Position numbers and translations under genes: made by a program. 64,000 nucleotides of DNA, from NCBI GenBank assembly GCA_043228905.1, contig JBHGNT010000016.1, forward strand, positions 13,082,001 to 13,146,000, in the 5' to 3' direction. This DNA is from Azolla caroliniana (Eukaryota; Plantae; Polypodiophyta). Positions 12,399 to 26,277 of this stretch are shown here, piece by piece. The number at the start of each line of letters is the position of its first letter. The stretch's first letter is position 1. Below the pieces are notes generated by a model that saw nothing but the letters and a program-made list of their open reading frames with translations, was not told the origin of the DNA and searched no databases.

Positions 12399-12449
<51 letters not shown>
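12399..12449. repeat. (CT)n microsatellite
   Basis: About 25 perfect CT units. Confidence 0.97.
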
Positions 12450-12451
<2 letters not shown>

Positions 12452-13122
12452 TTGTACATGGGCATATGATGTATTGTAATTTGTATGAATTATTGGTATG
12501 GCATGTGTGTATGTATGTGTCTGTTATGTGAGTGTATGCTCTATATACATGTGTATATGTGTGTGTCTATTCTATATATACATGTATATGTATTGTATTG
12601 CATATATATGTGTGTGTGTGTGTGATATGTGTACATTTGTAAGTGTGTATATATATACATGTTGTATTGTATTAATTGTATAATGCATCTATTGTATATA
12701 CATATGCATTGTATGTATGGGATGTGTGTATGTATGTATTGTATTGCATGTGTTGTATGTATTCTATATATGACATGACATTGTGTGTAAGTTTAGATGT
12801 ATATATTGGATCCATTATGTGTTCAATGAATATATGAATGTACATATGTGTATATATATAATGTGTAATGTATACATATGTCTATATATGTAATATGTAA
12901 TGTATACATATGTTTGTATGTGTATGCATACATGTGTGTGTTGTGTATACATATATTATGTACGTATTGTAGTTGTATGACCTCGTGTGACCTATATATA
13001 TGGTGATATGTGGAATATGTATGTCCATGTACAAATGTACGTATGTGTATGGCTCATATGTAGATGTATGTTTGCAATATGCACATAATATGTATGCATA
13101 TATATATATATCCAATGTATGC

Positions 13123-13167
<45 letters not shown>

Positions 13168-13742
13168 AGTAATGTAGTTTGTATGACCTTGTATGACCTA
13201 TATATGGTGATATGTGGAATATGTATGTACATGTAACATATGTAATGTATGTATGTATGTTTATGCATATAGGCATATGTTAATGTACATGATTCAATGC
13301 ATATGGATGTGTGCTTGTAATTTGTGCAATGTGCATAATATGTATGTATATATCTAATGTATGTATGTATATGTACTATTGTAGTGTGTATGATTGTGTG
13401 TGTGTATGTGGTGATATATATGTACATATGTATGGAATGTATGTATGTGTATGCATGCATGTAATATATGTATGTGTATGCATACATGTAATATATGTAT
13501 GTGTATGCGTGCATGTAATGTATGTATGTATGTATGGAATGTATGTATGTATGTGTGTATGCGTATGAATGTATGTTTATATGTGTGACATTGTAGGCAT
13601 ATGTACGTATATACGTGTAGCAATGTATGAATGTATGTATATGTATATATGTAATGTATTTATGTATGTATATTTTAAGTGTATTTTAATGTTTAGTACA
13701 TATGCATATAGCTCATATATGGATGTATGTTTGTAATATGCA
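12450..13742. repeat. TA/TG-rich complex low-complexity satellite; blocks recur at 15015-15213 and 19328-19940
   Basis: gtgacattgtaggcatatgtacgtatatacgtgtagcaatgtatgaatg and gctcatatatggatgtatgtttgtaatatgca occur in both 13580-13742 and 19520-19680. Confidence 0.8.
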
Positions 13743-15017
13743 TGTGCACACTTTGAACGGAAGGAAGAAGTGCGCACTTAACAGAGCTGCACACTTAGGG
13801 GTTTTTTATTCAAATTTTTTTCCCCCAAAAGTTTTAGGGCTTTTTTAATTAAAAATATTCCCCAAATTTTTTTCCTCATCTAATTTTGTGAATGCATAGC
13901 CCCAAACAACCATTAGACTTTCTTGAGTAGAAACAAAGATTTGTTGTAGATCAAGTATGTATGGTTTTGTAGTGATGGAGTGATAAGTTAGCTCTGTGTA
14001 AGCTTCGTGTAATTAGAAACAATCAAATGTATATAAAATGCTTCCTTTTTAAATAAACTTCATAATGCAAAAAATTCAGATAAACATCATCCATGTCATT
14101 TGCTCAGAAATACTTAAACGACCTAGTGATCAAAGAATGGAGACATGCATTACTAAACTAGAAAATAGCATAAGGATTTCCTCGAAATCAACAAAATATC
14201 TGGATCAAGAAACCAACCATCAAACAATTATGTTAGGATCTTGTATGGTAAAACTTCTATGAAACTCCATTGAACAACAACTCACAGGATTTACCTCAGA
14301 GGAAGAGAAGAAAGAAGAAGAAGAAATGTTTAATAAAGATTAGCGAATCTTCAAAAGAACAATTTTGAATCAATTAATTTCTATTATGTTTAGAAAGAGA
14401 GGAATTAGAGAAGAAGAAGAGAGGATTGATAATTGTAAAGCTTCTAATAGGAAGAATTAGAAGCCATCAATTTTTCTTAGATACGGATTAAAGAGAAACA
14501 GAAGAAGAAGAAGATGATGATGATGAAGAGAGAGAGGTTTGATAGTCTGATAGCTTTAGTCGGAAGCAGAAGAAGAAAGAAGCCATTTTTCTGTTATGCA
14601 TACATTAGAGAGAACTTAGAAGAGAGAAGCTAAAATAGAGAAAGAATTGAGAGATGGAAAAGAGCATTTTCTTAACATCTTAGGCTAGGCCTTTATTGAG
14701 CAACTTCACTACATAGCCAAATACATAGAGATAGTGATTTGCCAGGTTTGATTTTCTTCAGACTATTTAGTAACTAAGATCAATGGTGCAATCAGAGTAT
14801 CTAAGAGTGTATATGCAATATTTGCCATGTAGTGGTAGAATTTGATGTGTTCTATGTTTATAGATACCCCACACATGCACATGGAAATGATCATGAAGTG
14901 TCGTAGGCATCACCTTGACATAATTTCATCATGAAACAATGTAATTTTTTTGATCTGGATTTTGACCTCTATAAAATGCGCACTTAAGTGGGCACACACT
15001 TAACCGGATGGTTACTG
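13743..15017. mobile_element. Possible non-autonomous Tc1/mariner (pogo-like) remnant
   Basis: Interrupts the satellite. Right end reads TA-CAGTAACCATCCGGTTAAGTG on the minus strand; GCGCACTTAA-like motifs cluster at both ends. Left TIR absent. Confidence 0.4.
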
Positions 15018-15213
15018 TATATGTGTGTATGTGTATGGATGTATGTTTATAAAATTTATGCGTGTATCATTGTAGGCATATGTATTTATATATGTGTAGC
15101 AATGTATGAATGCATATATGTATGTCCATGTACAAATGTACGTATGTGTATATAAATATAATATAATATATAATGCATTTATGTATGTATATTTTCGGGG
15201 TATTTTAGTGTTT

Positions 15214-18200
15214 TGTTTTTTCCTTGAAAGATTTTCTTCAATAGTATTAAAAATATCGAAAAAATACAAGTAAAAGTTATCTGCCTGTAGGCTTACAGTG
15301 TAATGTATGTACACCTAAACTTGTACATAGAAAAACAACTTATATAGGGCTTTTGAACCTTAAATGGTACATTAGCATGCTGGTTTTGTATCAAGAAAGG
15401 GTCCATGGAAGATGATAATTCCATTGAGATCTTTGATTTGTCACTACAAAGAGAGGCACCTTCCTCCATAAGCGAAGAATCTTCATCCTTCTTTTTTGAA
15501 TATTTTCTGGAGAACCACACATGTTATCATATTGCCCACGAACTACTATCAACAATGTTTCCCATATCTCAAGCAATACCTTTGGAAGACCAAGCTTTCC
15601 AGCATTGTAAAGTCGATTGCATCTACATTTCCATAATACCCATAATGTTATCGTAGTCATAGTTTTCCAAATCTGGACAGATTGCACCTGCTTTTGAGGT
15701 TGCTGAAATGGACTAATTGATATCAATATTTTGTTATGTACCGTCCTGGCCTCTTGTATATCATCTGCCTCATACAACATCAAGCTGGAGTGTAAAATTC
15801 CCCACACTGTTGCTCCCCATGAGAACAAGCAACCAACATTGACAGTTAGGAATAAAGAAAGAACTTTATTCCATACTTGCTGAGCCAAGGGACAAGACCA
15901 AAGGGCATGCTTAGTAGTCTCCGGCGTTGCATAGCAAAATCCACATTGCCTGAGATTATGTGCTATATTCCCTTTAAATGTCTGGCCAACTAGTAATGCT
16001 GCATGCACTAGTAGCCATCTAAAAGGAATAAATTTAGAGGGCCCCTTGAAAGACCGGATCCATGTCCAATATGTTAAATAACTATCTTCGTTGGAGGTTA
16101 TGGGCCAATATTTCTGATTTCCAGGTCGGTTAGGCAAGGATGTCCTCTTGCCCCTTCTCTTTTTATCTTGTATGGGGAAGCTCTAGCCTCATACCTAAGA
16201 TCTTCTTCAGTTGGTATAAAAGGTATAGCATTACCTATTGCACAGTCTACTATATTGGATGTTGAGTTTGCAGATGATATGACCCTCTATATTGATGGGG
16301 AGATTGGTAATCTCTGGCAGCTACAGAATGCTTTGCAGAATTTCTTGGAAGCTACATGTGCCTCTCTTAATTGGAATAAGTCGGTAGGGTTATGGGTGGG
16401 TGCAGAGCCTCATCCTGCTTGGTATCCATGTTCTATAAGGTGAACCTGTTCGGTATTTGGGATGCCTAGTTGGTATAGAGTTAACATCAGAAGCTATGTT
16501 ATCCCCGCTGCTATTATAAATAAAGCATAAAATTCTATATTGGGATGCCCAACAATTGTCCTTTGCAGGTCGGGTTGTAGTAGCAAATTCAATACTTTTG
16601 GCCTCCATGTGGTTTATAACTTCTGTTTGGTTATTTTCTAGGTCAGCAATAATGAAAGTACAAAGCTTGATTCGTAATTTCCTCTGGGGAGGAAAAAATG
16701 GATCTCGAACAAGAGCCAAAGTTGCTTGGAAGGTGTTGATTCAACCTAAAATCCATGGAGGGTTGGGTTTGATAGATCCTTTGATGCAGTCAAGAGTCCT
16801 CTTGGTTAAGTTTGTGATTCGACCAGATCCCATAGTAGTCTTGGAACAGGTTCATTTGCATACAACCAAATCATATCACACATATGAGCGATAGAAGGAT
16901 AAGGATCAAGCAACCACTTCTTTCCCATTTTTGCAAGCACTCTGACTGGTGCATTCCGCACGTGCTAAAAATAGCTGCAGTCAAAGGCATGAGGCTGCAT
17001 TCTATTGTTATCAAGAACCTCAAAATAAGAGATGCACCCATTAGGTGAGATACCCTTGACAGCCAACAATATATCATTTATGAAGCATCTGGCAAACCAA
17101 AAATGCTCTTGTATGGGTTCGAAGGTCGACGCTAATGAGGAATATGACGTTGAAATGATAACCGTCATTAACTTGGCTCCATGACGAGCTTGTAAATGCG
17201 CAAGTCGATATGTTTGTGGCATCTATTGGAATTGAATCCAAGTGCTTACAGATGCAGTTGGCCCATTATCCAGTTTACCCCAAGCAAGCTGAGTTCTGAG
17301 ACCCAGCACTTTCCCAACATTATCCCGAAATAGAGAATTTCCAAGAAGGGGCTGATTAAGCAATGCATCCCAAGTAGAAGGCTTCTCCTTAATTAGAAAT
17401 GGCTTGATCCCATCCCATGCCCTTATGATTCCTAACAAAAATCAGTTAGAAGCTAGATCTCGCCTTGGCGTTTGTACATCATTCAAGAACAACCATATGG
17501 CCCATAACCTCCAACGAACAAAATTGAGCTAGAGGCTTGCCTATATAAGGCCGAAACACCATTTATCCATGCATTAGGAAAACCTAATCTTGACAACACT
17601 GCCTCAAGAAAGTCCCAATCTACTTTGTCATAGGCTTTTTCAAAGTCCAATAGTAAAGTTGCCATTGGTTGTTTATTTTGTTGAACTAGTGCAACCATTT
17701 CCCAGAACATAAAGATATTATAAAAAATGCTTCTGTCTTGTATAAAACCATACTGCGTATCATGAATAATAGATGGCAACAGGGATCGTAATCTAATGGC
17801 AATTGTTTTTGGCCACAATCTTATAAATATCATTGAGTAGTGTTATTAGCTGGCACTTAGAAACTTCATCACATTGCACATTGGACTTAGGAATCATATA
17901 TATTATTCCTTCCTTCCATTCCGCCAGCATAGTTCCCGTTGAAAAAATTAGATTAGTCGCTCTAGTGAGGATAGGGCCAAGAAAATCCCAATAATGTAAG
18001 TAGAAGCCAATTCCTATTCTGTCTTTTCCGGGGCAGACATCCTTACCCAAGGATTTAGTTGCAAATAACACCACTTGAAACATAAATGGTAAGGAAGGAG
18101 GAATACGCCACTGCTTAGAGTATCTCTCCTTATAAAATGTAACATTTAACTTCAGAGGGTCATGGTCAGATATCGTTGATCCGGGAATAATGCCAAGGGA

Positions 18201-19327
18201 TCCACCCACATCCCAAAAGAAACTATTGGCATAAAATCTATCCAACTGAGACAAAGTTGTAGTAACCACACTTCCATATGATCTAGAAAAATGTAGGGAC
18301 CCTTGTATACGTGAGAAACACTGCATCTTCCATAAATCAAGTAGACCAAAAGCAAAAGAAAAGGAATCCCTACACTTAGCTTCCCAACCTGAAATTGTAG
18401 TAGTTGTACATCCTATTCTATCAGAAGCATCTTCGATCATATTAAAATCGCCTCCCACTAACTAACAATATGCTAACCCCACATATTCCACAAGAGACAG
18501 CCAAAAACCCGCCCTCGTTGACGCGGAGTTAGGAGCATAGATATTCATTAGGACAACCTTCTGAGACCCTATTTTTATGATAAGAAATTGTGCCCGTTTA
18601 TTCATAATAGTACCTGCTGATAAGATAATAGATTGCAAGTGTTGTCTAAGAGCTATACATAATCCGGCCTGGCGACTATTTGGACCAAAGGCAGGAACCC
18701 AAAAATGAGTCCACCGTCCTGGTAAAATGGATCCATACTTTTGAATCCTATCCCTATACAGGTGATGCTCTTGCAAAAAGAGGATATCGATAGCGCAAAT
18801 ATTAGAAGTACCTAAATTTGAACGTACGAGTCCTTTAAATCTATGAAAAGCCTAACCACCCAGACCTTGCACATTCCAGGAAAGAAAATGTAGGGCATCC
18901 ATATTACATAGGGTTTAAAGATGTCCTTTTCTCAAGAAGAGCATCCTAACGTCCTTTCTTGGCACCCTCTTGAGCTCTCATTTGTCTTTTCAAGAATAAA
19001 TCCTTCCCTGCATACTTATGCATCCTATGTTCCTTGACCAACTTTTCAGAATTTTGGATTATCAAAGGGTCCTGGGTAACTGTAAATTGAAATCTAGCAT
19101 GAATGTACTCTTGGTTCATTTCCATATCCCTTGGTTGTCCTTTAGACTTATCCGAATCCACTTGTAGATTAGAGGCAACTTTTTCTTCAAACTTATTGGA
19201 TAAATCCGAATTAGTGGACATAACCAAAGTTTGTTGTTGATTCTCAACTATTTTTAATGGTGGTTGTCCTACCACCAACTTTCGAAAGGATGTATCAAAC
19301 TGAATAGAGTTTTGAACCATCTTCCAA
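15214..19327 (-). mobile_element. L1-type LINE, 5'-truncated, decayed and internally rearranged; TSD TAGTGTTT
   Basis: ORF2 start MDALHFLSWNVQGLG at 18902; EN motifs FLQEHH, NIYAPN, GGDFN, SDHDP; RT motifs LLLDFEKAYDKVDW, RQGCPLAP, FADD, YLG; C-terminal CGFC...HALWSC. TSD at 15206-15213 and 19328-19335. Confidence 0.9.
16087..16822 (+). pseudogene. Inverted, displaced RT-core segment of the LINE ORF2
   Basis: Plus-strand FVGGYGPIFLISRSVRQGCPLAPSLF...EFADD...YLG...LSFAGRVVVANS...GGLGLID, while both flanks are coded on the minus strand. Confidence 0.9.
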
Positions 19328-19393
19328 TAGTGTTTAGTATGTGTATGGCTCATATCTAGATGCATGTTTGCAATATGCACATAATATGTATGC

Positions 19394-19427
<34 letters not shown>

Positions 19428-20890
19428 ATGTGGTGATATATATCTACATATGTATGTATGTGTATGCGTGCATGTAATGTATTTATGTATGTGTGTATGC
19501 GTATGAATGTATGTTTACGTGTGTGACATTGTAGGCATATGTACGTATATACGTGTAGCAATGTATGAATGTATGTATGTGTATATATGTAATGTATTTA
19601 TGTATGTATATTTTCAGTGTATTTTAATGTTTAGTGCATATGCATATAGCTCATATATGGATGTATGTTTGTAATATGCATATAATATACATGTATATAT
19701 CCGATGTATGTGTAAGTATACATATAACCAGATTCCAATGTGTGTAGGAATGTATATATGTATCTTAGTATTGTAGTTTGTATGGTTTCGTATAACTTAT
19801 ATATATGGTGATATGTGGAATATGTATGTATGTGTGTGTAAATTTGTATATCATATAATATGTAGTATGTAATTTATTTATGTGTGCATGTGTAATATAT
19901 GTAACTTGTTTGTATGTATGTGAATTTGTAATACATATAATATGTAATCTTCCCAAAAAAAAACAACTTCCATTAGTTAACGCAATGTACATAGGATAAT
20001 ATACAACTCATATCTTACAGGCCAACTTGCATGTCGTAAAGAAAACAACATGTGTAAAGGAAACAACAAAAAAACTCCAAAACACCACATTATTCGATGA
20101 GCATAGCATTACTCAACCGCATACCCTCCACGTGAACCTCATACAACCCAAATTCAACATAGACATCCTCCACTCTCTTCTCATGGCCGCACCCATCTAT
20201 AATATATAATCTTATATATTTATATGTATGTGTATGTGTATTTGTATATTATTTATTTATGTATATTTTTTGTGTTTGGTATTTATATATGTATTTATAT
20301 ACTTTTGTATAATTGTGTGTATAATAATATATGCGTGTAATATGTAATATATAAAATATGTTTCTAAGAATGTATATGTATATATGTAATATGTAATTTT
20401 TATGTGTGTATCATGTATATATGTATGTCAATATATATGGCTTATTCTGATATGTATGTAGCATGCATGCATTATATATATATGTATGTATGTATGTTTG
20501 TATATGCATGTATTTATATATGTAGTATGTAATGTATTTATGTATGTATATGTATGTATTTACATATGGTAATATATATTTGTACAAATATAATATATTC
20601 ATATTTAGTCAGTATGCATGTATAAATGGGTGTAATGTGTGTATATACATAGAATATGAATCATGGATGTAATGTTTCAATGTAGGTATATATGCATGCA
20701 TGCATGTATATGTATGTATGTATGTATGTATATATGCTACTCCAAATTTGAGCATTATTTACATAATATATGCTTTACTATCACATTGAAATATTTAATA
20801 TTTCATGGGCTTATGTCATTTTTTTTCTCTAGCATGATTGATAATACCCTTATGTAGATATATTTTCAAATATTTATTTATACCCTTATA
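19328..20890. repeat. TA/TG low-complexity tract
   Basis: Degenerate (TA)/(TATG)/(TG) repeats, apart from a ~200-bp unique patch near 19990-20200. Confidence 0.8.
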
Positions 20891-20899
20891 TATATACAT

Positions 20900-22459
20900 T
20901 CTGTATCTTAGTGGTCAATTTAAACCCCTTTTGATGAACTCATGTGCTATCATACAAGTATTGACTATGAAGCCCCCGGGGTAATGCTATCATAGACATA
21001 CTATTACTTGTTTGGGTTTTATCTAGTATAAGCACTTTTTCAATCACCTGTTCTAGCGATTGATCCTTAAAATTGAACACAACCAGTGTTGTCTGAAGCG
21101 TCTCTCAGAGTGCTGATAAGAAAGTGTCTTTGACATCTTCCTCTGGAAGAGGTCGTGCTAATTGTCACCAAAGGTTTTGAAACTGAATAATAAATTGTGG
21201 AACAGTCTCATGAACTTCTTGGCAAGCGACATAGAACTGGCTCATGAGTTCTCTTTTGGGAAATTGTTGATGAAATAACCTGATAAACTTGGTAGTTAAT
21301 TGCTTAAATGACTCAAACTCACTTTCCCCATGTTGTGAGTACCAATTTACTGATTGTGAGTACGAATTCTGCGATCTTGGATTTGTCGACATCCGCTTCC
21401 GAGAATCTTTGGGATACATGGTTAGCTTGCCATGTTGTAAGGGAAGCATGCATGTGCGCTTCCACGTCAGCTTCATCATTGTACTTAGAATAGGGATACG
21501 ACATTATATCCTCTTGAAAAAGTTCTCCTAAGTTTGGGAAGTAACAGGAATGGTCGGACGGTGCCTTGTCCAAACTATGGTCGGTGTATAAATTGGAAAC
21601 CTCTATTAATTCCCCTTTAGCCTCTTGCTGAATTAGTTCAACAGACTCCAAATTAATGGAATTACCGTCCTTTGCACGTTGGCTCTCTGATCTCGTGCAT
21701 GGTCTTCTATTTCCTACATGCACTTCTGCACGTTGGCTCCCCAATCTTGTGCGTGATCTTCTGCTTCCTGTAGGCTTGTTTGTATTAGATCAATTGGGCG
21801 GCATCCATTCTCCTTGTTCTCTGTTCGTAACAGATGTAACCAGGCATGCCAAATTATTGTGTCCTCTCTGTCAACTGACATAATGAGTCGAACATCTTAA
21901 TCCCTAAGTCGTTTTGTCAAGAAGATTGTGGTTGGAGATGTGATGTTTGCCGACCTTGATAAACAATGTTTACTTAGAACTTGATTAATAAGATTATAAC
22001 ATAAGATCTTGATCGACTGATCGTTATAAATATGATCTATGTATAGAGAAAACGAATTTGACACTGTAAGTACTCTAACTACCGAAATTATATTAATAAA
22101 CCAAAACAGACCGATGTTGATACAATGCTCTTGGCGCCTTTTTATAGGTGACTTGAAATACTTTTCCAAACACTTGCCTATTTGGAAAGAACCTATAGCT
22201 ACACTAACTGTTCTATATTCTAAATTACTCTATTTTCTACTTGGCAAAATTACAATATTTATATTTTCTACATTACTCTATTTTCTACTTGGCCCCTTTT
22301 TATAGGCGACCTGAGATACTTTTCAAAGATAATATACTTGCCTGTTTGGCAAGAACCTCAGATATATACTAACTATTCTATTTTCTAAATTACTCTATTT
22401 TCACATTCGTCCGACTCCTCTTGTCGACCTTTACACTTCGGGTAGGCGACCGGATAACA
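20900..22459 (-). mobile_element. Athila-like gypsy 5' fragment: LTR (21858-22459), PBS, decayed gag
   Basis: KFIRLFHQQ...ETVPQFIIQFQNL is homologous to the gag at 52204+ (KFLRLFHRQ...ETVPQFIIRFQTL). LTR TGTTAT...GACACA followed after 6 nt by TGGCATGCC (Arg-like PBS, degenerate). Confidence 0.75.
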
Positions 22460-22496
22460 CTGGAAAAGGAGACACTACATCAACAAGAACACAGAA

Positions 22497-22940
22497 ATGG
22501 GTAGCTCGTTCCCTAGTGAAAAGCTAGACCGGAGCAATTTTTCATCTTGGGAGTACAAGATGAACCCATACCTTGTTGGCCAAGGTTATTGGAGCTACAT
22601 CAATGGTGCACTAAAAAACAAACCCAACATCACAAACACCAGCTACCCAACATGGGAACAAGGAGAAAGTCAGGTAATGTATTTATTAACAACGTGTGTT
22701 CATAATCACATGTTGAGCCACATTTGTAATGCCAAGACTCCCAAAGAAGCATGCCAGGAGAACTTGAGTAAAATCTTCACCGCCAACACAACCACTTGCA
22801 AACTTCAACTCCAGCAAGAGTTGAACAACATCTGCCAAAAGGACATGTCTGTGTCAGACTACACCATCAAGATCAAGAGCATTTGTGACTTGCTTGGCTC
22901 GATCAACATAAATGTCGATGAAGACGAGATGGTTCAATTG
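22497..22940 (+). pseudogene. Copia family A gag fragment
   Basis: MGSSFPSEKLDRSNFSSWEYKM..YL.GQGYW and KLQLQQELNNI match the gag at 36142+. Confidence 0.85.
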
Positions 22941-23594
22941 TTGAGCCATTGTTGAGTCCTATTAGTATTGTGATTGTCCCTCTGCCACCAAGACTGAAGT
23001 GTGCACATGTTTAGATTTGCCCAAGAGTAACTTGATGTAATTGATGAGCTATCCGTTCTCGATCGTCATTGAAATCCTGGCGCATTCGCTCCATGTCTGC
23101 CTCAAATCATGCTCTATGGGACTGACAAATGTCTTCTTGTAGTTTAAGTTGTATGTTGAGATCCTCTATCAATTGTTCTTGCTAATCAAAATGCAAGTTT
23201 AATGTTCTATGGTCGTCATTGAGTTTTTCCAACTCCTCTTTGCGTGTCCAAAGAGTGTGACTGATTCGTTATTCGATGTCTTCCACTTGTTGATGTGCCC
23301 TTCGGATCTGGTCTCTCATTCTCGGCACTTTCGTGTCGGCGGTTTCTATTCATTTATTCGCTCGGTCGATTATATCATTTTTTTCTTGCAATTCCTCCCA
23401 TAGTCGCCTGTCTGGTACTAGCACAATGGCTTGGTCGTATGTTTGGAGTCATTGTTCTGCATCCTGTAGTTTCGACTTGCCTTGTTGCACTCGTACTGTT
23501 AACTCTGCATTGGATTGAGTGGCTTCCGACCACTCCTTCATTAGCTTTGATGCCTTTGTCGTTCATTTGCATACTTCATGTTGGATGCTGCTGA

Positions 23595-26277
23595 GGTTGT
23601 CACACTAGATCGTTGTCGGGTCAGACACCTCCACCTACAGATCCTTGAGTAGCCTCTTCAGCTAGATGACTTCGCACGTAGCGACAACCGCTCCTCGATA
23701 CTCGGCCTCCGTGCTCGACAATGCCACTATCGGCTGCTTTTTACTGCTCCATGTGATCGCCACACTTACCAATGAAAATGCATATACAGATGTTGATCTG
23801 CAATGGCCGGCATTTCCGGCCCAATCGGCATCCATGTAACATATTAACTGCTCAGCTACTCTTGCCCGATATACCAACGTCATGTCCTTAGTGCCTCTGA
23901 CATACTGCAATATCCTTTGCGTGCACTGAAGGTGTTCGATCGTGGGCTGCGACATAAATTGACTAATTAGGTCGACCGGGTCACTAAGATCCGGCTAAGT
24001 GATCGTCAAATAAAGTAGGCTTCCGACAATCTATCGGAACCATGTTGGGTCACACATCGTTCCCGAATCTCGGCGAAGCTTTATGTTTCTGTCTAGAGGA
24101 GTTGAGATGGACTTACAGTCTGCCATCCCAAACTTGAAGACCATACTCTACACATAATGTCGTTGGATAATTAGTATGCCTTTTGGGGTGCGGATCACTT
24201 TGATCCCTAGGAGGTAATGAAGGTCCCCTACGTCCTTCATGTTGAATGATGCCGCCAGTTAGGACATTACGTGGCTGATTTCATCTAGGTCGGCGCCGAC
24301 GATGACTAAATCATCAACATAAAGTAAAATACTAACCGGTCCATGTTGACCTTGCCGGACGAACAATGAAGAGTCAGATTTGGACGTCACAAACCCCATC
24401 CGATGTAGGCGTTGCGTGATCTTCACGTTCCACGTGTGCGGGGCTTGTTTTAGTCCATAGAGGTACTTCTTCTGTCCGCATACCGCCGAAGTGTTCTTTC
24501 CGGACTGAAATCAGGGGGTTTGTACCATGTACACTTGTTCCTCAAGTTCTCCTTGCAGGAACACATTCTTTACATCCATCTTATGTAAATGCCACCACTT
24601 TATGGCGACTACCGCAAACAGGACACAGACGGTTGTCATCTTCGTGATCGGCGCAAAGGTCTCATCATAGTCGATGTCATGTTGATGTGCGTATTCCTTC
24701 GCCACTAATCGCGTCTTGTGGCGATTGACAGAGTTGTTGGTCCTGGACTTAACCTTGTACACCCACTTGTATCCAATCGGCTTTACACCCTTCGGGGCAT
24801 CAACCAGGTCCCATGTTTCATTTTCTGCTAATGCGTGCATCTCTTCCTCCATTGTTGCACGCCAATTTGCGTCCTTCGCCACTTCTGCGTAGCTCTTCTC
24901 AGAGTAGGATTCGCTTCGATCAGACTCGTCTTTATTAGTGCCAAACTCCGGCATCTTCTTCTTTTCCTTCTCTTTACATGTCAATCGTCTTGTTGGCTTC
25001 CTGCACAGGGAAAGCACGACCGAGTCTCCACTACTCATCGGCTCTATGTTTGACTGGTCATGCTGACTCAGTAGCTCACTCGGCCTACTTAGCCTAAATG
25101 AAATCGGATTCTCTTCAAGAGCTCCGATGTCTCCTTCATCTCGAGGCATTTTAGCCTCACTAACCTCTTCGTCAGAGATTGGGATGGAGTCGTTAGGATT
25201 GAAGGCGAAGGCAAGTACGATGATGCGGACTCATCGAACACAACATCATGACTTACGTGAGATTGTTTGGTTCAAAGGTTATAACACTTATAACCCTTCT
25301 GTTCATCCGAGTAGCCAACCAAGTTACACTTCTCGGCTCTGGCGTCTAGCTTCCTCCGTTTCTCCTTTGGCACATGCACATACGCGATGCTATCGAAGAC
25401 CCTCAAGTGTGCCAAGTTTGGCTTCTTCTTGAAGTACAACTCATGTGGCGACACTCCTCCATTGGCAGATGCCCAATTTTGAAGGTAGACGATTGTTTTG
25501 ACTGCTTTGGCCCAATAGAACTTCGGAAGATGCTTCTCTTCAAGCATCGCCCTTGCCGCCTCTTCTATCGTCCGATTCTTCCTCTCGGCCACGCCATTTT
25601 GCTGCGGCGTGTATCTACATGAGAATTCGCGTCGAATTCCCTCCTTCTGTAGATAACTGGAGAACTGTCGGACCTTAGGCACATGATCTTTCGCCCGGTT
25701 TGCCTTTCCGCAAGGCTCTTCACCTTCAAGAAACACGTGAAGACTTAACTCTTTTTAGCGATCAAGCATGCCCGAGTGTGCCGACTGAAGTCATCAATGA
25801 AGGTTACGAAGTAACAACTTCCTCCAATGCTCATGTTCTGTGCCAGTCCCCATATACCCGAATGGATCACATCGAGAGGATTTTGACTCCGATTACGCTC
25901 ATTGGGAAATGGAAGTCGATGCTGCTTCCCGATTTGGCAGGCTTCACAAACTTGGCCATTCCGACCACCAAATTTCAACAATCCAAAAAAGATGTTCTTC
26001 GTCTGCATTTCATGAAGCCGCGGGAAGTTAACATGGTCGAACTGCTTGTGCCATAGGTCAATGTTCGACTCGACCTGCTCTCCTTTTGCAAAGAACACGG
26101 TTTTGACTTCATTGGTATTGAGGATGAACATCCTCCCTTCTAGGTGCCCTTGCGCAATGACTTTCCCCTCTTCTTCGTTGTAGTAACCAAGATGCATAAA
26201 TCGAACTTGCATCCCCTGGTCGACGATCTGCCCGACCTACACCAGGTTCTTCATTATTGTCGGGACGTGTAACATGT
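23595..26277 (-). mobile_element. Decayed copia family A internal fragment (GAG-pre-integrase, integrase, RT, RNase H)
   Basis: [46 protein letters not shown]...SSTEAEY, with stops and deletions. Confidence 0.9.

Noticed and set aside
12498-13777. His/Tyr/Ile- and Cys/Val/Met-rich ORFs (also 9390-9743, 19334-20857)
   Set aside because: Translations of TA/TG microsatellite-like DNA.
13963-13974. GGTTTTGTAGTG as the right CACTA end
   Set aside because: Only a short match to the 9658 terminus, no 3-bp TSD match and no subterminal repeats.
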